DNA from: Dendrobates tinctorius
Lineage: Eukaryota
Length of the DNA: 64,000 bases
Assembly: GCF_039654945.1 (NCBI RefSeq)
Contig: NW_027361682.1
Span: forward strand, 24,676,001-24,740,000
Reading direction: 5' to 3'
How positions within the stretch are numbered: the stretch's first letter is position 1; each line of letters begins with the position of its first letter. A model generated the notes under the pieces. The model searched no databases, had not been told where the DNA came from, and saw only the letters and a list, made by a program, of their open reading frames with translations. Shown here piece after piece: positions 1 to 12,730 of the stretch. The translations under genes and the position numbers were made by a program.

Positions 1-167
1 ATATGTAAATTATATGGATAAACGATAAAGCTGACAATAGTTTTCCACGCAGGGCAGCTTGACACAGATACACAAATAACACAAAATCAACCAGTACGGC
101 AAGTGCCGGTAACTATAGGGCCACGATGTGGCCAACTAAGGGTCATTGGACTACAATTAATGAAGTG

Positions 168-631
168 TCACTTATCAATCTCTGACGTCCTGCAGAGGCG
201 ATGTCTGTTTGGCGTCTCAGCCGCTGGGCCCAGCCGAAGAAGAGTTGTCGTAGGCTTCCGGCAGTCCCCCGCTCGGGTGCTGAGAGGGCGACGTAGGGCC
301 CAAGCTGGTTCCCCGCTGTTGGAGCTGTCCCTTTGGGAGGCGAGGCTGAGGCGGCTGCAGGCCTCAGTGTACCGGCCGCAACCAAGGTCTGGAGCGGGGC
401 AGTGGCGGTCGCGGGTCTCGGCATACAGGCCGCGGGTCTCGGCGTACAGGCCGCAGCCGCAGTATGGAGCGTGGCAGTGCCGGCCACGGGTCTCGGCGTA
501 CAGGCCGCAGCCGCGGTATGACGCGGGGCAGTGCAGCTGCGGGTCTCGGCATATAAGCCACAGCCGCGGTATGGAGCAGGGCAGTGGTGGCCGTGGGTCT
601 CTGCGTATCTCCTCCTCGCGCTGCTTGGCAT
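168..631 (-). pseudogene. Putative small intronless Cys/His/Tyr/Arg-rich repeat protein gene with one frameshift
   Basis: ATG at 631 reads MPSSARRRYAETHGHHCPAPYRGCGLYAETRS; after a 1-nt deletion the same repeat continues in the 168..1046 frame to the stop at 168. Confidence 0.3.
340..610 (-). repeat. GC-rich 54-bp tandem repeat (about 4 units plus a 21-bp partial), reading YAETRGRHCPAPYRGCGL on the minus strand
   Basis: Recurrent gggtctcggcgtacaggccgcagccgcggtatggagc units; unit 2 carries a 1-nt deletion near 533. Confidence 0.85.
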
Positions 632-740
632 GGTCCTCTCCTCCGGTCAGGCGAACTCCCGTCCTGTTTGTCTGGAAGGCACTGACTCCCTCTCGCTCTC
701 CAGAGCCACCTAGACGCCTCCTTCCGGACTCCTGCATTCG

Positions 741-806
741 TTTTATAGTCGCCCCACCCCCTTTCTTTGTCCCCTTTTTGGTATTTTCAGCTCCTCGGGG
801 TCCAAT
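741..806 (-). promoter_or_regulatory. Candidate Pol II core promoter: CCAAT box (802-806), GC box (750-761), TATAAAA (741-747)
   Basis: Minus strand reads ...ATTGG...GGGGGTGGGGCGAC-TATAAAA, followed about 110 nt later by gaccATG at 631. Confidence 0.4.
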
Positions 807-844
807 GATAAGAACCTGATAATTTATTTCCATGGGTCTCTTAC

Positions 845-1000
845 ATTTTACGATTAGCAACCTCCTGAAACTTTTTTCAGCTCTCCGAGAAGACAACGTG
901 CTGCTGAAGTTCTCACTTAATGAAACACCAGTATAATTGGAGAACCATTGAGTCAGCACTTTGCTGTTTCTATAGGAACTCTGCAACATTTCTTTTTTTT
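845..1000 (-). other. Candidate 156-nt internal exon (phase 1-1, open frame), host unknown
   Basis: Acceptor ttttgctatttgtgtggttttcctgcag and donor gtaaga; reads KKEMLQSSYRNSKVLTQWFSNY...RRLLIVK. Confidence 0.2.
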
Positions 1001-1639
1001 CTGCAGGAAAACCACACAAATAGCAAAATTTATGTGATTTTTCCAAGGTTTTTTTGGCCCGGCAAAGGAATAACCTGATTCATTGGCCATCGGCCTCAGC
1101 AGGGGTGTGTACGAGCCTCGCGTGTAATAAAACTCTCATGTAACGGCCGCTTCATATTTACCTTGGCTGCATCGGCCATCCAAATCCTATTTATACTATG
1201 ATTTTAACACGTGAACTGCTCAAATGCAGCTGAGGAAAGACAAATAGGCCTCGGCAAACAGGAGATAGGTTTTATAGGTAGAGAAGGGCAATGTTTCATA
1301 GGGTGAAAGGATGTAAAAGTGATCTCCATTCATTATAATAACCCTATAAGACTATTATCAGCTAATTTGGGATGAGATCTCATCCTGTTCTGTTCCTTGT
1401 AGCCAATTCCAGAGGAACATAAGTCACAGTGTGCATTTTTATAAAGCCATGGAGCTATCCTTTTGTCATAGAGTGACTTAGACTTTCCAGAATTGTATAG
1501 TCCTTGCTCTCCACTCTCTTCAGCCTACTCATCTCAAGTGCATTTATGACATTTCTTCCCTCCTAAATCTTCCCCGTCATCTGTCAGCCATGAAGTAGAG
1601 ACCCCATAACGTTACAGAGCGGGGTCACCAAGTGCTGAG

Positions 1640-2300
1640 GAGTAGACGACAGAAAAGTCACCAACGCTCTGCTGACCCCATAACTGCAGAGTCAAGACCT
1701 GCTCTGGTATAACCTCAGCACAAACACTGCGCCCCTGCCAGGAGCTTCATGGCCGATCAGCTGTATGCCACCTTACATCACCAAGCACAATGCCAACCGT
1801 CGAATGGAGTTGTGTAAAGCCGCCACCACTGGACTCTGGAGTAAATGTGTTCTTTTCAGTGATGGATCACACTTTTTTATCTGACATCTGATGAATGATT
1901 CTGGGTTTGGTGATACCCAGGAGAACATTACCAGTCTGACTGCATTGTGCCCACTGTACCATTTGAGTAGGAATGATTATACTATGGGCTGTTCCTTAGT
2001 TCCAGTGAAGGGAAATCTTAATTCTTCAGAACAAGACATTGTAGACAATTGTAGCTTGCATCTTTGTGGGAACAGTTTGGACAAGTCACAAGACCCTTAT
2101 CTGTTCCCCATGACGGTGCACAAGGTCCATACACACATGGTTGGGGGAAGTTGATGGAAAGATCATGACAGAACACACAAAGCTAACACCTTTGGGATAA
2201 ACTTGACCGGAAATTGAGCTCAGCTTCTCCTCCAACATCAGTGTCTGACTTCATAAATGCTCTTCTGGAGTAAAAGTTCCCACAGACGCCTCTTCTCACT
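1640..2300 (+). mobile_element. Highly degraded Tc1/mariner transposase remnant
   Basis: ccaagcacaatgccaa...gtgtaaagc...ccactggactctggag...ttcagtgatggatcac resembles the Tc1 W..V.FSDES region; many stops and indels; ends approximate. Confidence 0.6.
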
Positions 2301-4166
2301 TCTCTAGGAGCAAATCTCTTCCACACGCCACCGATAAAATGCGCACAGGAACCGTGCACTATGTCAATTTCTGCTGCAAATTCCACATCAAATCCTCAAT
2401 TCTGCCTTGGATTTTGCCTTGGTTTCAAAGTGAAAAACACGCAATCTATTTCACCTGTACAAATTGCGTTGCACGTGACTGCAGCATCATGATCATTAGG
2501 TCTGGTTCGCCCTGTGTTAGAGGGTCACTAGTCAAGGGACCCCCTCTACTATGTGCCTTCATAGTATAAGGGTGCGATGTTCCTAAAATTGCTTCTATGG
2601 TAAAGCTCCTTTTAGAGCCACCCTTGGATTTTATTGACTATAACAGAAAGTTTTTTTGAAGCAGTTGGAAAACATGGAAACTCCAACGTGTCCATATGAT
2701 GATTATAGGATAGATATTATTAGCTCTTCCATTACTATAATATGATGAATTTTATTACTGTCCTCCACATTTCCCTCGCGCGTCTTGTTTGCACCACATT
2801 GACCACAAAAAGCGTCCGGCACGCTTGTGTGTGGATCGAGTTATCCATGTGTGTTTCTCTCTGCTTATCCTGGCACGAGACTATAATATATGCACCATAA
2901 AGGCGTCTGCACTGCTGCTACTGTTTTCGGATTTGTCCGCCCCCACAGTCGGCTAGATTTCGCACTGTCTCCCTCCCAGCAGGACACCGTCTTCGTAATG
3001 CAAGCTACCCAAACAGAAACCCATGCTCACAGATATAGAACTGTTTTGCTTTGCCCATGGCATGGAAGAAAAAGTTTATATTACAGCTACTGGCTTGTGT
3101 CTTTCTTTCTTTTTTTGCTATTTTTTATTATTTTTGCTTTTTTTTTTTGTTTCTTTTTGCCAACTCAATGTGCTACTCTCTCAGGGTGTCACTTAAAACC
3201 ATCACCAAGTTTTGTTTGGAGTGGCACAATTTACACAAGTTACGGTTTCAGCCCCTCAACATGAATCGGGACCTTGTATAATGTCCTAATTTATCTTTAT
3301 ATATGTCAAGAAAGAAGCAGAAAGCCAGATTTTATTTTTCATATTTATTTTTTTCTAACCCGGTTTGTCAAACTTAATATTTTTTTATGTGATGGGATTT
3401 GGAATATGACTGTACCAACCAATTATTAAGAGTTATTCAGACCCAAGATTGTCTGAAAATGTTTTATAAAATGGATTATTTGAAATAAATGGGAAATTAA
3501 ATGAGAGGTGACAGACAGTATTTGGAGTCAAAACAAATATAGTTTTTTTAAATTTTTTATATTTTTTATAGATCTGAAAACACTGTATATATGAAAAAAT
3601 ATATTATCATGCATACAATTCCATGCAACTCAAACAGCCCTTCAAATTATGCAAATTTTTCACAGTTATAAGGTACCTCATGGGAATAGTTCTTCATAGT
3701 ATAGCGGAGTAAGCTGTGAGCAGAGATGAGTGAATTGGTTTGAAGCAAAATAAATTCTCAAATTTTACAAAAAAAAAATCAGATTCTAGCGAATAGAATT
3801 TTTTTAGGGATTCACCTTGTGTAATTTGATAGCCGCAATTTTTGATGATTTGCAGAAGATAAAAGGAAATAACAATACTCTCCTTGTGCTCATCTGTCCC
3901 ACCCACGCAGTTCCCTTCCAGGCAGCGGTTCTTTACTTCTTTGCCACATGCGACATCCTCATCTTTTGTGATTACCACCTCCTAGTTGGCCTCTGGCATC
4001 ATGACACACATTGTGACATCATGACATCGCTCAAGGCGCTGGCTATGATTTGGATGACACATGCCATAACTTAAAATGCCTACTTGGCATCTCAAGCACT
4101 TGTGAAAAGTGAAATAGAAAGAGGGCGCCACATGCAGTGCAGAAGTAAAGAAGACCCCGGAGCATG

Positions 4167-5504
4167 TGTGGCGCCCCTGAGGCTCGGTCGCCACAGAGCT
4201 ACTGCACCTCCTCCTGAGGTGTGGTGCCCCACCATCCAGGTAAGTTGGAGGCTCCTGACCACGCTCCAACACTTGCACCCCACACAACAGAGTAGTTCAG
4301 CAAAGCCACATTGCGGCTCCCTGCTTGGAGTGTAGCAGAGCACCTTTGGTGGCTCCCTGCTTGGAACACGAAATGTGCTGGGAGGCGGGTGGAGTTGAGA
4401 ATACATAAAAGAGCGGGAATGTTTAGAATTTCGGTCAGTCAATCAGGAGGTCAGTCTGGGAGAGGAAGCCACTCAGAGAGGAGTGAGGAAAGAAGATCCC
4501 TGAGAGAGGGATGGAGGAAGGAGGTGCTGCAGCAGACCTCAGTGACCGGGGTCTGCTGGCACGGAAAAAGGAAAGAAGGAGAAAGACATTGAACTGAAAC
4601 CTGATGTTCCATAAGAAAGAAAGACAAGTACGGAACGTAGGAGTAAAAGGGAACATAGAGGACGTGGGTTAGAGGAAGAACCCTGCCTAGAAGTTCTAAG
4701 CGCAAGGCCAGGGCCCGGTCCCTGAGGTTGTACGGGCACTAATGTTTCTGCAGCAGACACCGGTGGAGTAGTGGGCTGTAAATGCACTACTCCCATCTAA
4801 GACTTGGGGGCACAACAGCAACTTGGATAGAGAGCCTAGACTCAGGAGTAAGGAGTCCTTGAAGCAGGCTACAGCTGTCTGCCGTACAAGTAGAGTTCTT
4901 GGGAACATCTGTCAGGAGGAACTCCAGTGTAACTCAGTACTAGGAGTACTTCACACTTAAAGGCGGTATAGAGGAAACGTTCAGAAAGGCACATGTTGGT
5001 GGAGTGTTGGAAGGGAGCATTCCATCTTGCCTGGAGGCTGACTGAGTCCCTGACCCGGAGGACACGGCACGGAGGCAGGCAGCTGTGTGTACTACAGACT
5101 GAGTAAAGCTTTGGAACTACAAGCCATGGTGTCCTCCATTCATTCTTGCGCCAACGCACCCAGCACCACTACATCTGGGTACCAGCTTCTACACCGCTTG
5201 TGCCTCTCCTCTTCCCCTACATCTACACTGCCCTGGGGCTACAGCTCCACCTGTGGGGAGCTTCACCATCTTGGCTGCAACACACCACCAGCCCCAGAGG
5301 ATCTGCATGCAGCGTCGGCCTAACATCTCACTTGCCGAACACCACAGGTGGCGTCACGAACTATTCCATTCACTACATTCTACCATTCAATTTCCCCCCA
5401 TTAATTGGGCGCCCAGGGCCATGAACCGGGTCACCGCTGCTGTGACACATCCCGCCGACACCAGCCGGGTACCAAGTACCCCACAGCCCTGGGAGGGCGG
5501 CCCA
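4167..5504 (+). mobile_element. Gypsy solo LTR, related to the LTRs of the 36359-45680 element
   Basis: Begins TGTGGCGCCCC and ends GGGAGGGCGGCCCA; 4-bp TSD CATG (4163-4166 / 5505-5508); homologous to 7675-8935 and to the reverse complement of 44669-45680. Confidence 0.92.
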
Positions 5505-7674
5505 CATGCTACGCAGGCAACTGAATGGGGGGTTTGGGACAGGTGAGCAGCAAGGTATTTTTTTTTTTGCTCACCGTACTTTTACTGTCCTCTGGGATCG
5601 CTCGAAATTAGGAACACTCGACAAATTTGGGAGAACTGCTGAATTCGGATTTCGGCAAATTCGCTCATCACACAATTGGGATGTCAGTTTTAATTGATTT
5701 GATCATAACTTCATAATCTTTTCTCGAATTGGTGACAGGTTTAGCAACATACCTGCCTCTCTTCCACTTATTTTAATGTTCTACGATGTCAACAAAATAA
5801 ATTATATAAAATATACTAAGGCAACTTTTTGACAATTTTATTTTGGGACAACGTCTAATAGGGCCGCCCAAAAATCAGCATGATATCCAATTAAAAAATA
5901 TTCAATCATCCTGGTTAAAAACAAAGAGTTTTGATGGGATCCCTTTAAGAAAACACTAAGACCCAAAAATTTGTAAATGTCCTTGGAAATCCTCATGTAA
6001 CCTTCTGATTTTCTTTTAACTTGTTTTGTTTTGAATTGCAACTAAATCTGAGAACTGCTATATATAAAGAAAGAACACTCTCCCTACTGTCCTGCCTGTA
6101 ATAAGGGAAAATGTCTTGATATCATGATCCTGCAGAACATGCTGCATACTACAAAACAGAGGGGCAACTATATTTCTTGTTTTTATTTAAAGGGAATTTG
6201 TCAGTCTTTCTGTATGTAATTTGAGAACAGTATGATGTAAGGATAGAAATCCTGATTCCAGGGATGTGTCACTTACTGGACTGATTCCATTTAATAATTC
6301 ACTAATCTAGGTTTAGTGTTTTTTAAAACTATAACTTTAAGCCCTTCCACCAGTTCCTAGGTAGAAATGAAGAGTGCCCAAATACACTTTATTTTCCCTC
6401 TATTTTTCCTTTCTACAAGAAATCCTTTTTCAGAAAAGTTGCAATCTGTTTTGATTTTCATTTTGGTTGTATTTCTTTTAATTGTGTTCTACCTAAAATG
6501 TTATTTCTGTTATATAATGAAAACACATTTGCATTCCCTTTGAACTTGCTCTTTTTTATATTTGTGGTATTAGTAGATTGCTTATAGACGGCACCTTGTA
6601 TTGTATGTTTAGTGGTGTTTTATGTTATTTTTTCTATCTCCCTTTGGATTAGCCGGCAGAATAATATGTCATGAAAAATGTTTGCTTTCTTCTTAATTGT
6701 TTCTAGCACACACTAGAGATCGGTTGCCTGGCCGGTTTCAAGTCTCCAACCTTAATTTAAAGTTCAGCTTCTCTGATCTCATATTCAGAGATAAAACACC
6801 TGGCTGTGACTCTGGAGACATCTAGATGTCTCCCCTCCTTGTATCAAACTGTAGCTTAAAAATATAGTACAGACCATGCCAAGAAAATAGTAAAAATCTT
6901 GCCAAAATCCTCTAATTCACGAAGGCCCATCCATCTACATCAGCTAATATCACTGATGTTTTTCAACAGTAATTAGGTCATAACCACCAAAACTATCTTC
7001 AAAGGTTCTGGTTCTGATTATTAATGATATTCTCAAAATGTATGATTTACTAAGTAATGTGAAGAACAACATACAGTACATAAAGTGGAAAATAGCCAGC
7101 CCAAAACTAATTTGGACTTCCAAAGTCAAGTAAGCAAAACAAAAGGAAAAAACAATGTGTGTATATACCCTAATGAAAATAAATAAGTAAAAAAGCAAGT
7201 GCATTAAATAACATAGGGTACTTGGTAAACACTGTTTTGATAAAAAAAAGTATAAAGCTGTCCCACCACGGCAAGGTGTACCCATTTTAGCACTAGGTAG
7301 GTTTTAACTGTTAGTGTAGTTACTGTCTCAAATGGGTACACTGGTCTGCTAAAGTTTCTTGGGACGATGCCGCCCTCAGGGGCTTGTTCCACAGAGGACT
7401 GTCTGAGTGCTTGAAGGATGCCCTGGCATTACATCTCCCACCTGATTCCCTGGAGGACGCCATGACTCAGGCTGTCCGTATGGACCATAGGCTTCGTGCT
7501 AGAGGGGTGATGCAGCTGGAAACCCTATTATACTTCAGCAAGAGTGAAACACTGTCCATAGCTGAGTCCATGGAAGTGGGTGCTTTCTCGTATAAGGAGA
7601 AGGAGAGGAGACGCCGCCGTGAGAAACAGCTGTGCTTTTATTGCGGGGAATCGGGACACTGCAAGAAGGACTGT

Positions 7675-8935
7675 TGTGGCGCCCCTGAGGGTTCAGTCGC
7701 CACAGAGGTACTGCACCTCCTCCTGAGGTGTGGTACCCCACCATTCAGGTAAGGTGGAGACACCTGACCACACTCCAACACCTGCATCCCACACAACATA
7801 GTAGTGTAGCAAAGCACCCTTTGGTGGCTCCCTGCTTGGAACACGAAGCGTGCTGGGAGGCGGGTGGAGTTAGTTGGCACTAAAAGAGCGGGAAGAGTTT
7901 AGGATTTAGTCAGTCTGACAGAGTCAGTGGAAGAGTGAAGATCCCCTGAGTGGGATTGGTGAAGGAAGTGCTGCAGCCGACCTCAGTGACCTGGGTCCGC
8001 TAGCACAGGCAAGAGACATTGATGAAAAGCCTGACTCTCTCCATAAGAAGGAAGGATTAGTACGGAACGTAAGGAGAGGAGGACTAAGGATTAGGGTTAG
8101 AGCAGAACCCTTCCCAAGTTCACAGCGCAAGGCTGGGGTCCGGTCCCCAAGGTTGTATGGATACTAATGGTCCTGCAGCAGACACCGGAGGAATAGAAGT
8201 TGTCACCACTTTATTCCCACACCAGACTTGGGGGCACAACAGCAACGATAGTGAGCAGGGACTTAGTAGCAAAGAGTCCCCGAAGCAGGCTACAGCTGTC
8301 TACCGTACAAGTAGAGTTCATAGGAACATCTGACAGGAGGAACTCCAGTGTAACTCAGTACTGTGAGTACTTCACTATAGGTGCAAAAGGGAGATGTTCC
8401 GAAAAGGCACATATGTTGGCGGAGTGTTGGAAGGGAGTGCTTCATCTTGCCTGGAAGTTGGCTGAGCCCCTGACCTGGAGGACACGGTACCGAGGCGGGC
8501 ACCTGTATGCTCAACAGACTGTGAGTAAAGCTTTGGAACTACATGCCCTGGTGTCCTCCGCTTATTACTGCACCAACCCACTCAGCACTGCTACATCTTG
8601 GTGTCGGACACTATACTCTCTCCCTTAACACCTATCTTCTTCATCTACTCTGCCCTGGGACTACAGCCCTACCTGTGGAGGGCTACACCTTCATTGCTGC
8701 ACCATACCATCTGTCCCAGAGGATCTGTCTGCAGCGTTGGCTTAACATCTTCATTGCCGAACACCACAGGTGGCGTCACGAATCATTCACTCATAAACTT
8801 TATTCCAACTTCACTTTTCCCCCTTTTACAATGGACGCCCAGGGCCACGGACCGGGTCACAGCTGCCGTGACTTCTCCCATTGAAATCCACCGGGTCCGG
8901 CTCCGAGTACCCCACAGCCCTGGGAGGGCGACCCA
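7675..8935 (+). mobile_element. Gypsy solo LTR inserted at the end of the gag zinc knuckle of the Sushi-like element
   Basis: TGTGGCGCCCC...GGGAGGGCGACCCA with TSD CTGT (7671-7674 / 8936-8939); removing it restores ...KKDC-PSCP. Confidence 0.93.
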
Positions 8936-9296
8936 CTGTCCCTCCTGTCCTTCATCAGCCAAGATGCCGGTAAATGGCTAGGTCTAGGTAGTTGTCGAGG
9001 AGGCTACCCAGCCCCTCAGGTACATTTTTCCTCATTCTTGAAAATTCTGCTGCAGGTGGAATTGCGGGTGGACGATTGTCCTTCGCTTTCTGCGGCTTTT
9101 GTTGATTGCGGTTCATCCAACAATTTGATTAACTCTCGTTTGGTATCTCAATGCAAGATAGGGACAGTTAGGCTTGAGACTCCAGTTAAAGTGGTGGCCA
9201 TTGACTCCTCTCTCCTCACCAAAGAAGCGATTCTCTATGTCTCTGAGATCTTTTCACTCAAGGTGGGCCCAGCTCATGCTGAAAGAATAAGTTGTT

Positions 9297-10060
9297 TTGG
9301 AAAACCTATCTGCTGGGTTGGTGTTTGGGAAGCCATGGTTACAATGCCACAACCAAGTCATCGATTGGGAAACTGGGGAAATTGTTCAATGGGGTCCTAA
9401 CTGTGACAATCTATGTTGCCAATTTGCATTATTGTCTCAACCTGTTAAATCTGTTTCTGTGTCGTCTGTCGGTCTGGAGGGTATTCCGGAGTACCTAAAA
9501 GACTTTGAAGACGTGTTCTCCGAAAGCGAGGCTGAGGTCTTACTACCACATAGACCCTTTAATTACGCCATTGAATTGATTGCTGGGGCTAAATTGCCTA
9601 AAGCCCATCTGTTTAGTTTGTCCGGCCCTGAACGCTTACCCATGAAAGAGTATATCGTGGAAAGTCTCCGCAAGGGGCATATACATCCCTATGTCTCTCC
9701 TGTGGCCGTGGGGTTTTTCTTTGTAAAGAAAAAAGATGGCGGTTTAGGTCCTTGCCTCGACTTTTGGCTACTTAACAAAATTAACACGTACCCTCTTTCC
9801 CTTATTCCAGATTTATGTAGCCAGTTGTCAGGAGCCAAATGGTTCTCCAAACTAGATCTTCATGGAACCTATAATCTGATAAGGGTTCGGGAGGAGGACG
9901 AATTGAAGACTGCATTTCTCACATCTGAGGGGCTCTTTGAAAACCTTGTTATGCCGTTTGGTCTTACTAACGCTCCTGCAATATTTAAAAATTTTATTAA
10001 TGTGGTGTTTTCTGATCTTATTAGTCGTTTTGTTGTTATCTACCTTGATGACATTTTGGC
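9297..10060 (+). pseudogene. pol: Reverse transcriptase fragment (Sushi-like Gypsy pol)
   Basis: ORF 9297..10100 with FFFVKKKDGGL, MPFGLTNAPA and YLDD motifs; truncated just after YLDD. Confidence 0.9.
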
Positions 10061-11093
10061 TTACTTCACTGCTTCCGCCCCGCTCCACAGGTATGTTTGA
10101 GCATAGTTTGTTCAACTCAAGACACGCGCACTGGCTCAGTGAGCGAGTGCAGTGCGGTGTTCCTGACATGTCCTCTATAACTCCCTATTTTATCCCCTAT
10201 TCCTCTTACTTGACTGTTTGCATGCCTGACTCAAGCCCTAGTTATCTGCTATGGTCAATTTGATTCCAAATATTGCTATGTGTCTGGTTTAGCTCATGCA
10301 AATTTGGTTTCATCAGATCAGTTTTTTATTTCTCTAACCCTATGACTCTAATCCTTGACTCTGCTGTGATAGCACAACTACTGTAGGTAAAAGACTACTT
10401 AGGGACTGTAACCAAGAGTGTACCATGAGTTCTTAACTTATAGGTGGGTTAAAAATAAAGGTGACAGCTCACTAAATTTGTCAAAAATGAAACAAAATCA
10501 GACATATTCATATTTCAACAAAATCCTAATTTTTAACGATTATCTTTGAATAAATCCAGTAAATTGGCAGCTGGAAAACTACTATTTTTTGCTGGATTAC
10601 CGAGACAAAGGAAAGGGCTAAAAAAAATCTTATACTCCAATCACCTTGGTCATGACCATACCAGTGCGTTGGTTGATTATTTTATGATTAGCTCTTCTAT
10701 CTTCCTTCCAGCTGGGTCTTCCATTGGTTAGGCCCAATGAATGGCAATGACTGGTGCCACGTGCACGTGACCGAATGTAGCGCAACACATATCTATAGCA
10801 ATCATCGTACCTGGATGGAGAACCCAATAAGATGGAAGATGGAAGACAAATGATAAAAGATGGAGAACAGAGGATAGAATAACTGATCGAAGGACCAAAA
10901 ATAGAAGAACCAATCGTAGGTCTCACTACTTTGGCGTGATCGGGTCATGGAGGACAGGGGAGAGATTATAAAATTTTGTAACCCCCTTCCAGGCCAATTC
11001 AATTCACATCGAATTTATTCAATGTCAACCATATTTCCTTCTTGAATTTAATTTTGGGAGATTCATTAATCTTTACTGAAGACTCCAAATATA

Positions 11094-12730
11094 TAGTTAG
11101 GTTCATATATATTTGGAAAGAGACAACATTTTTCTAATTTTGGTTCTAGACATTACCACAATGAATTTTGAACAAAACAATTCAGATGCAGTTGAAGTTC
11201 AGACTTTCAGCTTTCATTTGAGGGTATCCACATTAAAATTGGATGAAGGGTTTAGGAGTTTCAGCTCCTTAACATGTGCCACCCTGTTTTTAAAGGGACC
11301 AAAAGTAATTGGGCAGATTAAATAATTGTAAATAAAATGTTCATTTCTAGTACTTGGTTGAAAACCCTTTGTTGGCAATGACTGCTTGAAGTCTTGAACT
11401 CATGGACATCACCAGACGCTGTGTTTCCTCCTTTTTGATGCTCTGCCAGGCCTTCACTGGGGTGGTTTTCAGTTGCTGTTTGTTTGTGGGCCTTTCTGTC
11501 TGAAGTTTAGCCTTTAATAAGTGAAATGCATGCTCAATTGGGTTGAGATCTGGTGACTGACTTGACCTTTCAAGAATATTCCACTTCTTTGCTTTAATAA
11601 ACTCCTGGGTTGCTTTGGCTTTATGTTTTGGGTCATTGTCCATCTTTAGTATGAAACGACAACCAATCAGTTTGGCTGCATTTGGCTGGATCTGAGCACA
11701 CAGTATGGCTCTGAATACCTCAGAATTCATTCAGCTGCTTCTGTCCTGTGTCACATCATCAATAAACACTAATGACCCAGTGCCACTGGCAGCCATGCAT
11801 GCCCAAGCCATCACACTGCCTCCGCCGTGTTTTACAGATGATGTGGTATGCTTTGGATCATGAGCTGTACCACGCCTTCACCATACTTTTCTCTTTCCAT
11901 CATTCTGGTAGAGGTTGATCTTGGTTTCATCTGTCCAAAGAATGTTCTTCCAGAACTATGCTGGTTTTTTTAGATGTTTTTTAGCAAAGTCCAGTCTAGC
12001 CTTTTGATTCTTGATGCTTATGAGTGGCTTGCACCATGCAGCGAACCCTCTGTGTTTACTTTCATGCAGTTTTCTCTTATGGTAGATTTGGATATTGAGA
12101 CGCCTACCTCCTGGAGAGTGTTGTTCACTTGGTTGGCTGTTGTGAAGGGGTTTCTCTTCACCATGGAGATTATTCTGCGGTCATCCACCACTGTTGTGGG
12201 CGCCCAGGTCTTTTTGCATTGATGAGTTCACCAGTGCTTTATTTCTTTCTCAGGATGGACCAAACTATAGATTTTGCCACTCCTAATGTTGTAGCAATTT
12301 TTTGGATGGGTTTGTTCTGTTTTTGCAGCTTAAGGATGGCCTGTTTCACCTGCATGGAGAGCTCCTTTGACCGCATGTTTCCTTCACAGCAAAACCTTCC
12401 AATGCATGCACCACACCTCAAATAAACTCCAGGCCTTTTATCTGCTTAATTGAGTGACATAATGAAGGGATTGCCCACACCTGTCCATGAAATAGTCTTG
12501 GAGTCAATTGTCCAATTACTTTGGTCTCTTTAAACCAGGGTGGCACATGTTAAGGAGCTGAAACTCCTAAACCCTTCTTCCAATTTTAATATGGATACCC
12601 TCAAATGAAAGCTGAAAGTCTGAACTTCAACTGCATCTGAATTGTTTAAAATTCATTGTGGTAATGTCTAGACTCTAGAACCAAATTTAGAAAAATGATG
12701 TCTCTGTCCAAATATATATGGACCTAACTG
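11094..12730 (-). mobile_element. Full-length decayed Tc1-like transposon with long (about 200 bp) inverted repeats
   Basis: Ends (c/t)AGTTAGGT..ATATATTTGGA / TCCAAATATATATGGACCTAACTG flanked by TA; transposase pieces MRSKELSMQVKQAILKL and MDNDPKH..SQSPDLNPIEH..GFSTKY. Confidence 0.93.
11347..12376 (-). pseudogene. Tc1 DD34E transposase pseudogene
   Basis: ORFs 11347..11730 and 12239..12421 carry Tc1 motifs; the middle is disrupted. Confidence 0.88.

Larger units (their letters stand above)
7360..10168 (+). mobile_element. Truncated Sushi/chromovirus-like Ty3/Gypsy element (gag, PR, RT fragments plus 3' LTR piece)
   Basis: Gag WDDAALRGLFHRGLSE with CCHC knuckle CFYCGESGHCKKDC; protease AFVDCGSSNNLI; RT KLDLHGTYNLIRV..MPFGLTNAPAIF..YLDDIL. 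The RT jumps at about 10060 to an LTR end (TGACA, 10168) homologous to 62825-62931. Confidence 0.9.

Noticed and set aside
103-819. 238-aa plus-strand ORF
   Set aside because: Non-ATG start, open because of the GC-rich repeat; promoter-like signals point to the opposite strand.
7384-10100. PEG10/RTL-like domesticated gene
   Set aside because: Truncated, frameshifted, interrupted by a solo LTR and joined to an LTR remnant.
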